Shown: positions 1 through 12,432 of the stretch, in pieces
How the letters are laid out: every line of letters begins with the position of its first letter
Position numbering within the stretch: position 1 is the stretch's first letter
Assembly (NCBI GenBank): GCA_965637545.1
Contig: OZ281499.1
Span: forward strand, 24,056,001-24,120,000
Direction of reading: 5' to 3'
Length of the DNA: 64,000 nt
DNA from: Phallusia mammillata
Lineage: Eukaryota
Made by a program: the position numbers and the translations under genes
The notes under the pieces: generated by a model
What the model saw: the letters and a program-made list of their open reading frames with translations, nothing else
What the model was told of the DNA's origin: nothing
Database searches by the model: none

Positions 1-429
1 CTGAAGCGTGAGTTAAAGTGACTGATGACTTGGACATGCTCGGTAAACATTACAGTTGAGTTGCAGGCAACTTGCGGTCACTGTGTTAAACGCTTCGCTT
101 AGTTCTGTACCCTTAGTCTTACTTAAATAATTGTTGTTTACAGAAAATCCCAAACCGTGCAGAACGTTCGCAAAGAATTTAAGTATTAACCTGAAGAGTG
201 TACAGTTTCAAGCTTAACACTTTAAATTTGTTTACATGTTCTGCAAACGTAAAAATTTTCAAAACATTTAAACAGAATAGGGTCAGCTACAAATAATTCA
301 CATTTCTTACTCAAAATAAAGTTCATTTCTTGTGAAAGATTTTACTTTGTTAAAATAAACATTTTAGGGTCATTTGGCATTACATTGTAAGCTGTAAACA
401 AAACAAACGCCTATGGTTGATTATATCCA

Positions 430-600
430 TAATTTTGTACACAACATGTGATCCTGTGAAAGAGTTCCAATTTGGGGATCATCATGTTAAAGGCAAGAGC
501 CCTCTGACCAAGTCTTTATACAAGACCGTGGCTGGATTCGAACCCATAAGCTTCCGAGCATAAGTCACTTGAGTGTAAACCCGTCCATCTTTAAAGGAAT
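430..600 (-). mobile_element. Possible decayed tRNA-derived SINE fragment
   Basis: The minus strand reads GGGTTCGAATCCAGCC, a Pol III B-box (plus-strand GGATTCGAACC at 534-544). No clear A-box or cloverleaf. Boundaries approximate. Confidence 0.35.
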
Positions 601-1023
601 TAATTTACATTGTCCAATATATCTTTGATCGTAAGCAATCAAGTTTCATCAAAACGTTTCGGCCCGATAATTAGGCACCGGTTGCTATTGTACCTATCAC
701 AATGCAAGGTAATACTATCTGAAGCACAACACAGAACCAAAATAATTGTGATGGTAAATTCTGCGTTTGCTGGACACGAGCTGGTATTACGGATTGGCAA
801 TTCACAATCGTTATTTCAAACTTATCATTATCGGCAGCTGTGCCATTATTCCGCGGGATCGAACCGGTCATAAGGCGGCAAAACGCTTCACGATTTTCCG
901 ACAATGATGTTAAGACATCGGGCAAGGTGGCAGTTACTTGCGACAGAAAACGTGTAATGACGCTGCATAAAGGCACGAGTAAACGCGCAGCAACTCGCAT
1001 GAGCCATGGTCAAAGTTATGTGC

Positions 1024-1063
1024 ACGTGGAAATGCTATTTGCTACGTGGAAATGCTATTTGCT
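1024..1063. repeat. Perfect 20-bp tandem duplication
   Basis: ACGTGGAAATGCTATTTGCT at 1024-1043 and 1044-1063. Confidence 0.9.
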
Positions 1064-3360
1064 TTTGCCAAATACGATTATGTTTGGAAACGTTCTTACT
1101 ATTAACAACAAAAAGTTGACAACAACAAGCTGTTTTGCCATTCAAAATAGTAATAAATTTGTGGCACGATGGTCAAATAGATCTTTTGTTAAAATGAACA
1201 TTACATACCCCAAAATCTGCAGGGCCTGAACGCAAATAAACAATTTCTGTAATAGTTTATTTAAGTCTGCCTGCTCATGTTTTGTTTGTGGGATGGAGTC
1301 TTGTCCACAACGAAAATTTCCCAGTTTTTTTGGAAACAACGGCCCTAACCGGGATTCGCACCACCAAAGCAACGGTTGCAAGAGTCGTGTATTTCATATC
1401 CGACTATCGTTGTGACAACCTGGTCTAAAGCTTTTATATTTGTGGGCTGTAATGCAGTAACGCAGCAGATATAAGCCACAACGAAAAGTTTCCATATATA
1501 CGTACTTGACGTAAGCTGTACCGATACCCGAACTAACTGTCATTTGTATTATCAAAGTAAATTGCAATTTACGATTAGAAGATCATGTTGCCTTTTAACG
1601 TTACATAAAGTTATTAATGCAATATTAGTCATATAATACATGTATTAAACTTTGCCCATTAAACTAGGTCCATTATATTCCGTTCATATTGTGTTAAAAG
1701 CAAATTTGCATGGCATTTTCTTTATTCAAATGCAACCCCATTTGATTTTGATCTCCGAGAGTTTTAATTTTTGCGTGGGTAGCTTTGGCATACAGGCGGA
1801 ACCGAGATAGGCAGTAGAATATTGGAAATCCCAGGCCGCGGGCCACGTTTTCAAACGTGAAATGCAAATGCACAAATCATTTTGAGACGTGACCAAAGTT
1901 CTCTCCTTGATGAGTATTAAATGCCAATATAAACCCAGCGTCAAATTACCTGAAGGTTAATAACTGCTTAGTAAAGCGCGCCACGCAAGGGTTAAGCAAA
2001 CCAGATTGATGCCCAAAATGAAACCGCATTTTTAAAAATAACTTAATATTTTTGTGTCAACCAGCCTACACAAGACGTGTAAATGCCAAACCATGTAGTA
2101 CCAGGTGTAGTTAGGACTTTAAACGAATGCCAATAAACATTTGTGTTCAAGCAAAGTTCAAACTTAATTACTTGTCTCGTCTAGCCCTTTTCCTGATGAC
2201 TTGAATAGGTAGCTATTGTTTAGAATCATGTTCATAAATGACGGTTATCATTTAATCCATTGTGATTAGCTGATTTTGGGTGTGATTTGCATGGTACGTT
2301 TCCAAGAATATTATACCATTATAAATACGTGGGGGGTTAATATAGCAACTACCTGGTATAAATAGCCTTACCCAGCAAAGTACAATGGTAATGAAAGCGA
2401 ACCAACGTATATTAACATTCCAATTTTGACGTGGCCTATTGCTGTCATGTACATTTAACTCGTCAAACAGCCGACTCATGTGCTGCACTGAGTGCTTTTA
2501 AGTAAAACATTAGTTTTATGTTTTGCAGCAAACGAGACCATAAGCAGTAAATCCAACAAGTTTTTTTTACAAAATATACGCCTTTAACATAACCAAATCA
2601 AGTTTCACACATACTGGGAATTTTGAAAGTATTTGTCATTGTAGGAAAATCAAATTTTTCAAGAAATCATTGAAAACATGATGTTGTTGATTAAAAACCT
2701 ACCGAATGGGCAAAAATAGATCAAAAACATATTTTTAGGACGTGAAACGTAACAAACACAAAAACAAGCCTCACTTCCGTTCAAGCTTTACTAAAACACT
2801 GCGAAAGACAATCAATTAGCAATGCAGCAAGCAAATAACTCTGTGCGGGCGGCTTTGAAGAAACGCCAAGTACAAAACCACAACAAAGTGGGAAAACACG
2901 AACACACTTCGTAAGAACAAGACACAAAAGCTGTGGCAACTAATTAAACACAAATGACCTTTAGTTGAAAGCGAAAGTAGTAATGCTTTGCGGCAGCCGC
3001 CACACCCTGCATGTTGTCATTTGAAAAGGGTGCGCGTTACGGACGGCTTGTTCAGGTCTACTTACGAAATATTTGTTTTGAAATGCCTGCAATCACGACA
3101 TCAAAATAGTTTTGGGCCAAATGTCATTAGGATTAAGTTGTCAATATTGTTTTGATTCTAATCTCAGTTTTGACCTTTTCTCCTATTAGGAGACTCCTAA
3201 GGTTTGGCAGCATTTACGCTGAAAAGAGAATTCCATCAACGGTTTCAGATCTTGGTGCGACTTTTAAACACAATTGTATTGGTGTGCAATGCACAAGTAA
3301 TATGTAACAATCGACAAATGTCACACTTATGTAGAAAAGCTCTACAAAAGCTTTTACGGA

Positions 3361-3810
3361 ATTCTTACAGTTTAACAAAAATGTCGTTCAACTGGTGTTA
3401 ATGTTAAACAAAAATACTAGTTGTTTCTATCCATAACTTGTATTTTCGCTGACGTTTCGTCCACCAGAACGGTAGGACTTCTTCAGAGCAATGAATGACG
3501 AATGCAAGCAACGAGCGAAAGGCGCAAGAACAGCGTGATACCATGAAAAATAATTATATTATAACAAAGGCCATCCGAAAAGAGTAGCGTCCGTTGCAAA
3601 ACGATGAAGCGGCACTAATGTCCGAAATTTGATGGATTGGTCGGGCGTCTTGGGTGGATTCCTTTTCAAACAGTTGGTACATCGAGCTGTCCCCTAGGAG
3701 CGATTGAGCCTAAGTTCGTAATGTAGTCTATCATTAACACCAGTTGAACGACATTTTTGTTAAATATGCAACCTGGTGGACGAAAACGCCTGTACAGCAT
3801 TCTTACAGTT
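3361..3810 (-). mobile_element. Penelope-like retroelement remnant (pLTR region)
   Basis: Contains a minimal hammerhead motif of the Penelope type, a perfect 33-bp inverted repeat (3371-3403 / 3732-3764) and a partial opposite-orientation copy of the ribozyme arm (GGTGGACGAAAACG near 3776). No intact RT or GIY-YIG ORF. Confidence 0.6.
3446..3491 (-). ncRNA. Type I minimal hammerhead ribozyme
   Basis: Minus strand: UUGCU-CUGAAGA-A-GUCC-uaccguucuggu-GGAC-GAAA-CGUC-AGCGA. Core CUGANGA and GAAA present, 4-bp stem II, palindromic ACGU stem III, GUC cleavage triplet, 5-bp stem I with one G-U pair. Confidence 0.75.
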
Positions 3811-5260
3811 GTTGATAAATTTCCACTTCATCATACAGAGTTCGTTTTCAACTCGCTTAATGAGTCACAAAACACATGTGATATTTGCAACTTTACACAA
3901 TAAAATTCGGTAGTTATAGCAAAGTGTGTGAAAAAGCAAACATAACATGAGGGTCAAAATAAGCGTTACCGAATAATGAGAAAAGATAACCTCAAAACTT
4001 CTTTTCGTTAACCATGAGAGCAGCAATCTGACCAACAAACATATCGCAAGAGCTTCTTTAATTAAGCTTTACAACTGGCTGTAGCCGCACAGTGTGTTAG
4101 CAAGCCGATTGTAGCTGCAGATAAGCTAACAAGTAGTGTGAGAAGCTACCACTAAACCCAACGCAAACACGCCTGGCTCCAGTAAATTCTATTGATCTGT
4201 TGAAACGTAAACATCACTATAAGCCATGTTTATCTGTTCGTCCTTTCGTGACGGAATCAAAAGCCAGCTGATTTTTATCGCGATTGCACTTAACAGGTGC
4301 AGACCAACCCAAATATTTGGAATCTTTGACACCCGAAGTGTGTTTTTGAGTGAAATGCTGCCACGAGGCAAAGCTTTTATCTCCCACTTTCATCTCAGTG
4401 TCGCTTTCTGTCGCTGACGATGTTAAACTTTATATAAGTCACCCCCAAAGTTTTTGATGGACCGGTTGTACCAGTAGGGTATGGAGCTATTAAATGACAA
4501 GGAAGCTGCAGAAACTGCACACTGCTTTTCGATCTACGTGATTTCAGCAGTGCAGCTGGTTTCGAAAAAGTTCGAAGTTTCGAAAGATGAATGCCACACT
4601 TTGATCGTCTTTTTAAAAAAAACGGACGAACAAAATTAGGTTTTAACAGTATTACGCTTTCACTACTTATCATTTGGGTCTTGGCCGTTATACTGGTGGA
4701 TTAAGGCAAACCCAATTCTGAAACTATCTTCTTCATTTTACTCTTGATAAAACGTCTCGACGGACTAACACCACGTTGTTCGGGTTGATTTTCTTGGAGT
4801 TGGGTTCAGTTTTATTCCGACAAAGCACATGTAATAACGCTAAACATTCATATCAAGAATATTACGAGATAGTTGTCTCTGTGACCACCAGGATATAACT
4901 AAGAGAAAAGGTATCATTAAAACCTAAAATGCTTCTTTCATTACTTTAAAGTAAAACAAAACAAAACATCACGCCCCATTTCACGGCAACGTAATTTTTT
5001 ATGCCAAATGGTCGTATCGGGGTATTTAATCACATTGTTTTATACAAGTTGAAAAACTTCATAACCAAACCGCCCGTAAACACAGTTCAAAGGAATATTC
5101 CACATCAAAGCACCGCCGTACCGCGTAAAGTGCGATGTAATTTCACCAACAGGAGTAGGGAGTTGCATGTGGTATTGAACAACACACATTGGGAAATTTG
5201 AACCGCTTCATTCTGTCCCTGCAAACTGGCTAATCAAGCTGTATTTATTTAAGAAACTAA

Positions 5261-5290
5261 AGCCCAAACCCGGGCCGACTTACAGCTCTG
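5261..5290 (-). mobile_element. Solo terminal inverted repeat related to the 27675-28102 hAT MITE
   Basis: Reverse complement CAGAGCTGTAAGTCGGCCCGGG resembles that MITE's TIR CAGAGTTGCAAGTCGGGCCGGG. Confidence 0.5.
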
Positions 5291-8200
5291 GATCCCTTAA
5301 CTTGATTAAATTACTGAGGCCCACTAGAAGAGACCGTTATCACGTTTAAAATCACAATTCTAGAATGACGATGCTAATACGCCACAGTTGAAATTTGCCT
5401 ATCGTTTTTAGTACAACTGTTTGTTTGTTTGTTTTACAATTCTAAAAATGGTCACATTCCAGAGAACGGTTTTTATGATCACCCGAAATGCTCTTAAGGG
5501 GCCCACGCTCTAAAAACATTGATGGAAATATATTTAGAATGTCGGACTATGTAGACAAATTAAGACAATGACCGTGTTAAAATAGTGCACCATTCGGCTT
5601 TTATATAGGCACAGCAGCTATATCAAAATGCACAAAAATAGCCTAATGAATGCCACAAGCATTTATTACTAGGAAGCAATTACTGTTGTGTCACTTTATC
5701 AAAACGAAACATAAAACCAATGTCAAGGAAGTGGCCCTGGAAACGAAACCACAGAGCATATTGCGAATTCACTATAAAAGGCGGAAGCTCAGTATTTTCG
5801 CGAACATGGATTCGACATGACTGTTCAAGTCTCGACCACAATTGGGCGCATATTACAGTTCAAAGAGCCTCGTACAGCGAGTAGCATAAATGCTGTGGCG
5901 ACAAGCTGAAACAGGAAACGATGGTTAAGGGCTTTGGCCACAGCATCCGTTAATCGCATGCAGACACTTGCAGCAATTCCACGCGAACAACCACGAAATT
6001 CATAATCTCCGGCGCAATTACGACCAAAATAACTCAAGTTGGAACCCTAATTGCCCGGTAATTTGCCTTTCGAGTTCAAGGGCGTCAAGCACCTGGGTTT
6101 ATTACCTGAACTGTTTATCTCGTGTCTGTAAATTAACTCGGACAAGATGTTGCAAAGGCGTTTACGGCACGGGTAGTACAAGACGCCACAGTGGCAAAGT
6201 AGCCACCAATTAAACATCTCGGCATATAATTAGACAAGAACTCAAGTCGTCGGTCACAATATCACTGCCAGATGAAGGCTGATTCGAATAAATCGCTAGG
6301 AAACGGCGAGAAAATTGCCTGATCTGATTGGCTAATTTCCAACAGCGAATAAACAAACCTTAACGAGACTTAATCTGGTTCCAATTACCCGAAAGCCGGT
6401 AAGACTAAGAGCATTGGCACCACAGGGGCTGATCGGTGAATATTTCGCATAGCTGAGAGGAGATGCTGTTTGCGGGGAGACCTGTCAATCAAACTTGAAG
6501 TACGAGGGAATGTAGAAACGCCTCCGTAAGACTTTTATTTGGTGGGATTGACAAACATCAAACAAAACAGGTAAAGCTTTTCGCAGTAACAAAATGTGGG
6601 CATTGTGATTTGTGGGTATTTCAGGATTTTTGAAAGCACTTTTAACAGATTTATAATTCTGTGCTAAATAAGACTAATTGTAAAAACCTTTCTAATACAC
6701 CCACTGTGTGCATCACACCTTAAAATAAAGGATGAAGTAAATGGGTCTCTAGACTTAAGGAAGCAACAGCGCAAGTCAGTATGTTTAAAACAAGACGCTT
6801 TGACAAACATTTATAAAATACTGTCATTTTAAACAACCAAATATAAACACCGAAAAAAACATCCATGCACCAATTAGCCAGAACTTTGGTCTTCTTGTTA
6901 GAGAAAAGATTTCCCAGGGCAATAAACGTTGCTAATCTGCAACCCAAACTCAAGAGGCGACCACCCGTAGCATCAAGGTCACACCACAAAACACACAGAC
7001 CCTTTGGCCCGCGCCAAATATCAAAGACGCTTACAGAATCAACTTACAATCACACTAGGAGGCAAAAACTTTCAAACAAAAACACCGAAGTCTGACGGCC
7101 CGTAGTGACACGCAAGCTTATTCAGCAATCAAGAGCTTTAGACCTCCTCGTGCACACTGGCGATTCAACTAGGACCCACAGAGCGATCCCAGACAGCTGA
7201 TGGCCTGTGCAAATACTAAGGCAAACATCGTAGCTCGTTGGAGTGTTGGGAATCAGCAACGTGGTGGGTCTGATACCTGTCACTGCTTACCATCAATTAC
7301 ACACATTACCGTCGGATTTCGACAACTCTACGCCGAATGTCGTAATCCAAGGTGTAATTGTAAATGTTTGTTATTTCGAAATCCATTCGTGAAGTCTCAA
7401 GGACCTGAAATTCCGTGCTTGAACTTACACGGGATCGATGCTTTTAAGAACTACCAATATAAACCATTGTAGAATAACTCTGTTACGTCACAATAAACAT
7501 TTCTTGATTCCTGGCCGACTAAAAATCACCACAGTATGCTCCATTCAAACTTTGCTCCCTAACCTCTTTAATGGAAAATGCTTTCCATTCTTAGCTAACC
7601 TCTTTAGTACGAACAAATCAATGTTTTGATAAAGTTTAATCTTCAGTCAAGTATAAATGTTCTGTTCGAGGAAGGGGTCAAAACTTTTCTTGGAATGGCA
7701 AGGTTCAAAGTTGACCTTGCTGTATACATTCTATGAAAACGGTACAAAAAATGTTTAAAAGCTACATGCCAAATGATTTCATATTGTACTTTCTTAAGTA
7801 GTGCGACGAAAAAGTAAAGCCTGAACAATAGGTACAAAATTAGATTTGCCAGAATACAATTACGACATAAATGTTGCCTAGTGTGAGGTCGAGTTCAAAT
7901 CAATGTTGTTTTATTGAAGCTGTAGCCCAAACCCGGTCTGAGTTGCAACGATATTACGAGTTGTTCGATATTTCGACTTTTATAACTGGATCAATTTAAA
8001 GTCATCCTACAGAACGGATATAGCGATGTGTGTTGGACATAACTCTACTCTATAATTTATGACTAATGGCAAATACAAGGCGTAGCAGTGGCTGGTTCCA
8101 AAAGTATGAAATATTTTGCTGCACATGAAACCGGTTTTATCTAAAACCACAGAAGTCACCAAGTTGTATTGATTTGGATAATGCTTTGAACTTTGCTTCA

Positions 8201-11200
8201 CGCTTAAAACAATTGCTTAAAACTTTATGTTTGGAACATAAGAACAAACATCACATTTCCAGTAACAAGCAAGATAATTTTCTGCTTTGCTATACTTTAC
8301 AATTGACAAACTTTTTTAATGTTTACCGTTTCTCCCAAATCGTATGTAGCGATTCAAACGCGCACCAAATCGGTGGTCAATATGCCGTGAAAACGCCAGC
8401 CATGCTGTTAGTTAGTGATCGGTAGCATTGCATATTTCCAACAGCCGATAGGTGCAAGTTTTTTTGCAGTCATGCAAGGAATGAAACAAAAAATCTGGAT
8501 AACTTTACAAGCAAACAAATAATTACGGCGTCGAGGCCGCAGCGAACTCAGCCAACAGTTCAACGCAGGCTAAAGGTTTGCCGCAAAAACATGAAACTTG
8601 GGAGATAAACTATCAGGGCAGCACATGCCGTAAACGTTGGTCTCGGGCCTTAATTGAAAAAGCAACTGAACGTCGTTTGAAGAGGAATGTGTACATGAGA
8701 AGGTTACTACGCTATACTATAGGCTATAAACAAACCTGAACTTAACACAAGCCCCCTTATGCCCTTTTGTCGTATATTAAAAGGAATTACAACACCAAGA
8801 CGAAAAGCAGACACCATATTAAATAAAAGAGTCACAAAGGAAGTTGGAAACCCTTAATTACATTTTCTGATGTGCTTGGGATTTAAAAAAATGGTTGTGG
8901 TTTAGGGTTACGTTTGCGTTTACCTCTGTTGTTTTCTAACAGGCGTGCCATTGCCACAAAATAACTGCTTCTAGACATGTTGATTTGCTAATTTTGAAAT
9001 GAGCCAGAAATTTGTGAGAAGTTGTACAAAAGCTTCTGTCAGGTTTGGAAATTAAAAAAGGTTTCAGCATAATGGGTTAGTAAGTTTTTGAATGAAAAAA
9101 ATTCCTTAATTCCCGAATCTTACAAAACATTCAGAATACGGCCTTGGTGCTATAAATAGAACGGCATCATGTCACATACACTATGACACAATAGTGAATA
9201 AGATTGCGATATACAGAAGTGCCTACTGTGTGTAAACCTGTGATAACGAATTTCAGCGCGATAAAGTGTGAGATAAAGAACACTGAGACCCAAGAAAGCG
9301 ATCTGCCATTCCATACACACAAGCACCTCCGTTCGACGTCAAAACAATCACAATCCACTTTCGCCAACGCTCTTTCTGTTGTGTCACAGACGCCGAGGCT
9401 GTTACGTCATAAAATGCGTTTGTTTTTCGATAGCGATGCACTGTCGGTCGCTTGCAACTCGAGCTGGGCGGCAAGCAGGACTTTGATCGTGTTCAGTGAT
9501 GCGCGACACAGAAAGGGCCACGTGCCGGGCTTTGATGTGCAATGAGGCGTGACCTGTTCTTGTCAGCGGGTTTTGTTTGCCGAATTTGAAACGATGTGAC
9601 CGCCTGAGTAGGAGATTTTAACTAGCGCCACTTGCGAAGCACCACCGTGTGATATTGATGTACTTGCATTTAGTTACATAGACTAAAGTAGTTTCTCTGA
9701 AAAGTATCATTAATTCAATAATAGCGGCAATCTTTACGTTTTTGCCATTGTTGTATCTCATAAATACTTGTTGCAAAATTTCATGTAACACCCCTCCAGG
9801 CTAAGAATACTGTTTAGAGTTTGGATGCATAGTTTGTGCAAGTCATTGGGGGCTATTGCTCATGCAAAATTCGATAGAATTTGACCCAAGCAAAGACATG
9901 GTCATACCACACCACTTTACACTAAACGCATGGTCATTTAGGGTTTTAGCTTTATGTTTCGCCTATTTGCATGTCCAATAACAAGTTTTCCGATACTAAC
10001 TGGAGCCTACAACCAAATATTTAGGGAATGTTGTGTACGCAGCCTTACCAAACATGTTTGAATCCCGTTTTAACATTAAAGTAAACGTCCAAACCAGGAA
10101 AATATAAATAACTGTGCCAACACTTTTACAAATAGAACATTACGGACACTTCTTCTCAAACAAAAAGAACAAAAGTTGTCTTTAAAGTCCAGATGTTAGG
10201 TATGATTTTCTCCACATAAAAGATCCCCATTGAGAAACAAATTTTCTTGTGCAAGCAATACAGGCTAACCGTAAATGATACATTCTTATATTCGGAATGC
10301 ATGGAAAGAGCACTGGGGCAAAGTATTAGAGGCGGCGGTACTGGTACTGTCATCAAAACCAGCAGTCCAGCACGCTTCCTGGTGAACTGGACATCTCTTT
10401 GAAGATGTGAGGCGAACCGACCGACTGAATTGGGAGTCTGAGCCCGAATACGACAGGAACAAACGGCCATTGTTCTGTTTTATCTCCATAGTCTGCAGCA
10501 AGGCGCGCTTTTGCATCCGGTTTGGCGGCCGTTGCAAAAAAATACGTAAGTCATGAAAGCGGTCATACATTTTACAGCTAGTGTGATAGTGACAAAATTT
10601 CAACTGAAAATACTCAAAAACTAAAAATCCTCATCTGTAACGAGATAAAAAAATGATTCCCTTGGAGCTTTATTCGTCAGGTAGCAAAAATAATTTCCTT
10701 CAAAATCCATTTTTGGGCCCATTTTAGCTTTTAGAATAAAATTTAGTTTTTTGTCCTTTTTAGTCTACATATTTCTTTACTCGGCAGATTTGACATTCCA
10801 TAAAAAACGGCTACGGCCTAATTTACCATTCAGAAAAAAAAAAGTTTTTAGACATCATTTGAGGACAATTTTATAGGTTGAATAGAGAATTCCTGTCGAA
10901 ATCTAGTAGACGGAGAACAGTGTTGTATAGTATTCCTTTAAAGTGGATTTTACTTAACATAAAGACGATGCGCTGATTACTTCATTTCAAAAGGTGCAGT
11001 GTCCGCTTGCAGCCTATGCATTAGCTGCAAATCTCGTAAGGCCTTATTGCCTATCGGAGTTAATTCATGTAGGATTACACACGATTCGAGCAAAGTTTTT
11101 TCAGTTTTGTGTAGGTTCACTGGCAGTAGCGCTGGGACTTTACAGTAAGAGCAACATAATCTCGCCTTTAAAACCGCAGTAGCTTTCTCCGCAACCCCTG

Positions 11201-12304
11201 CTTACAAAACAATTACGTAACTTGAAGTTCATCGGTTAGTGGGAGACTGGATTTCCCCCAAACAGTCTAGTTGTCTGGGTAACGCACAGCATGTACTGAA
11301 GTCCGAGAAGCTTTGTTAAGATTTAAAGCTTATCTTTACACAAAATCCATTAAGTAAGCAATTAACAGAAGCCTCAATGTGCCATCTTAGTGTGTATAGA
11401 ATCCACTAAAAAGCAGTTTAGACACAATGTAGGGATGTACATTTTGTACAAGTAAAGTAGAGATTTGCAAAAACACAAAAAGTGACACAACCAGCAGATC
11501 ACGAACAGAGCAAGATTGATTAGTGACAATCCTTACAAGTGTTAAACTGTTTGACAACATAAGTTAATTGTCCAAGCTTGTGGTATTGAAAAATACACGA
11601 AATTTGAAATTAAAAAACCCACGTTATCAATGATGCAGATCGGAAAAGTGCATGCGTTCAACCGTTTTCTCCTTATATTTTGGTTTATGGTTGATGCAAC
11701 CTAACACACAAACGAACATGACAGTGGTAAGACACTTGGTTTTGTAAACATGTCAAGCCTTTAAACTTTTGACAATGGCGTTTAGCCTTCAAACAAATTG
11801 TGATGTTTAAAGCTTATTATGTTTAGTTGTATTTACAACAATTGTTGATCAAAAGCAGCGATAAAGTCAAAAGTTGGACAAGGAAGCAAAACCATTCACC
11901 AAAGCCAAACGGTGTTACAATAATGCGACACACCCAACCTTAACAAACAACTTAATGTCTATGGGACGATGTGTTTCGCCAAGTTTATGGAAGTATAATT
12001 CACAAATAAGGAGTAATTTAGATGATTTTCACATAAGACCCTTGTAGAATAAAAGTAGTCATAATATACCGATTAGGGCATGAATAATCAAGCAAAGTAA
12101 ATGACACAACAAACGTAAACTTTGTGAAGAAATACCACTTATTATTTCAACTAAATCATGCATTTACGCGATTGAATGTGTGTCGCATTTGGGAGATCGT
12201 TGAAACTGTTACGGGAATGAGGCTTGCGAACACGGGGTCCAGTTAATTAAGAAAAAGCAATCGCGGCTTTTCGCCTGTTGTGTCAAGCCAGGCAGAAAAA
12301 CGAG

Positions 12305-12391
12305 AGATCAAAGAGCCAATGCTTTGATGCGAAAAAAGGGAAAAAGGGGGCCGGTATATAAGCCGCCGAGAGGCCGTTACCGCGTATCAGT
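12305..12391 (+). promoter_or_regulatory. dkk core and proximal promoter: inverted TCF/LEF pair, CCAAT box, TATA box, Inr
   Basis: AGATCAAAG 12305-12313, CCAAT 12316-12320, CTTTGATG 12322-12329, TATATAA 12355-12361, TCAGT 12387-12391 at canonical TATA-Inr spacing; ATG at 12433. Confidence 0.75.
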
Positions 12392-12432
12392 AACCATCAG
12401 CGCCGCGTTGACGATTTAAGGCAAGAAAAGTC

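Noticed and set aside
19-62. CTGATGA...TAAAC resembling a hammerhead
   Set aside because: GAAA core is absent (TAAA) and stems II and III do not pair convincingly.
534-544. B-box as a tRNA gene
   Set aside because: No A-box at the proper spacing and no cloverleaf; at most a SINE relic.
610-12300. Many 60-130 aa ORFs in the supplied track
   Set aside because: No recognisable domains, overlapping on both strands, no phase-compatible splice chains; consistent with chance ORFs.
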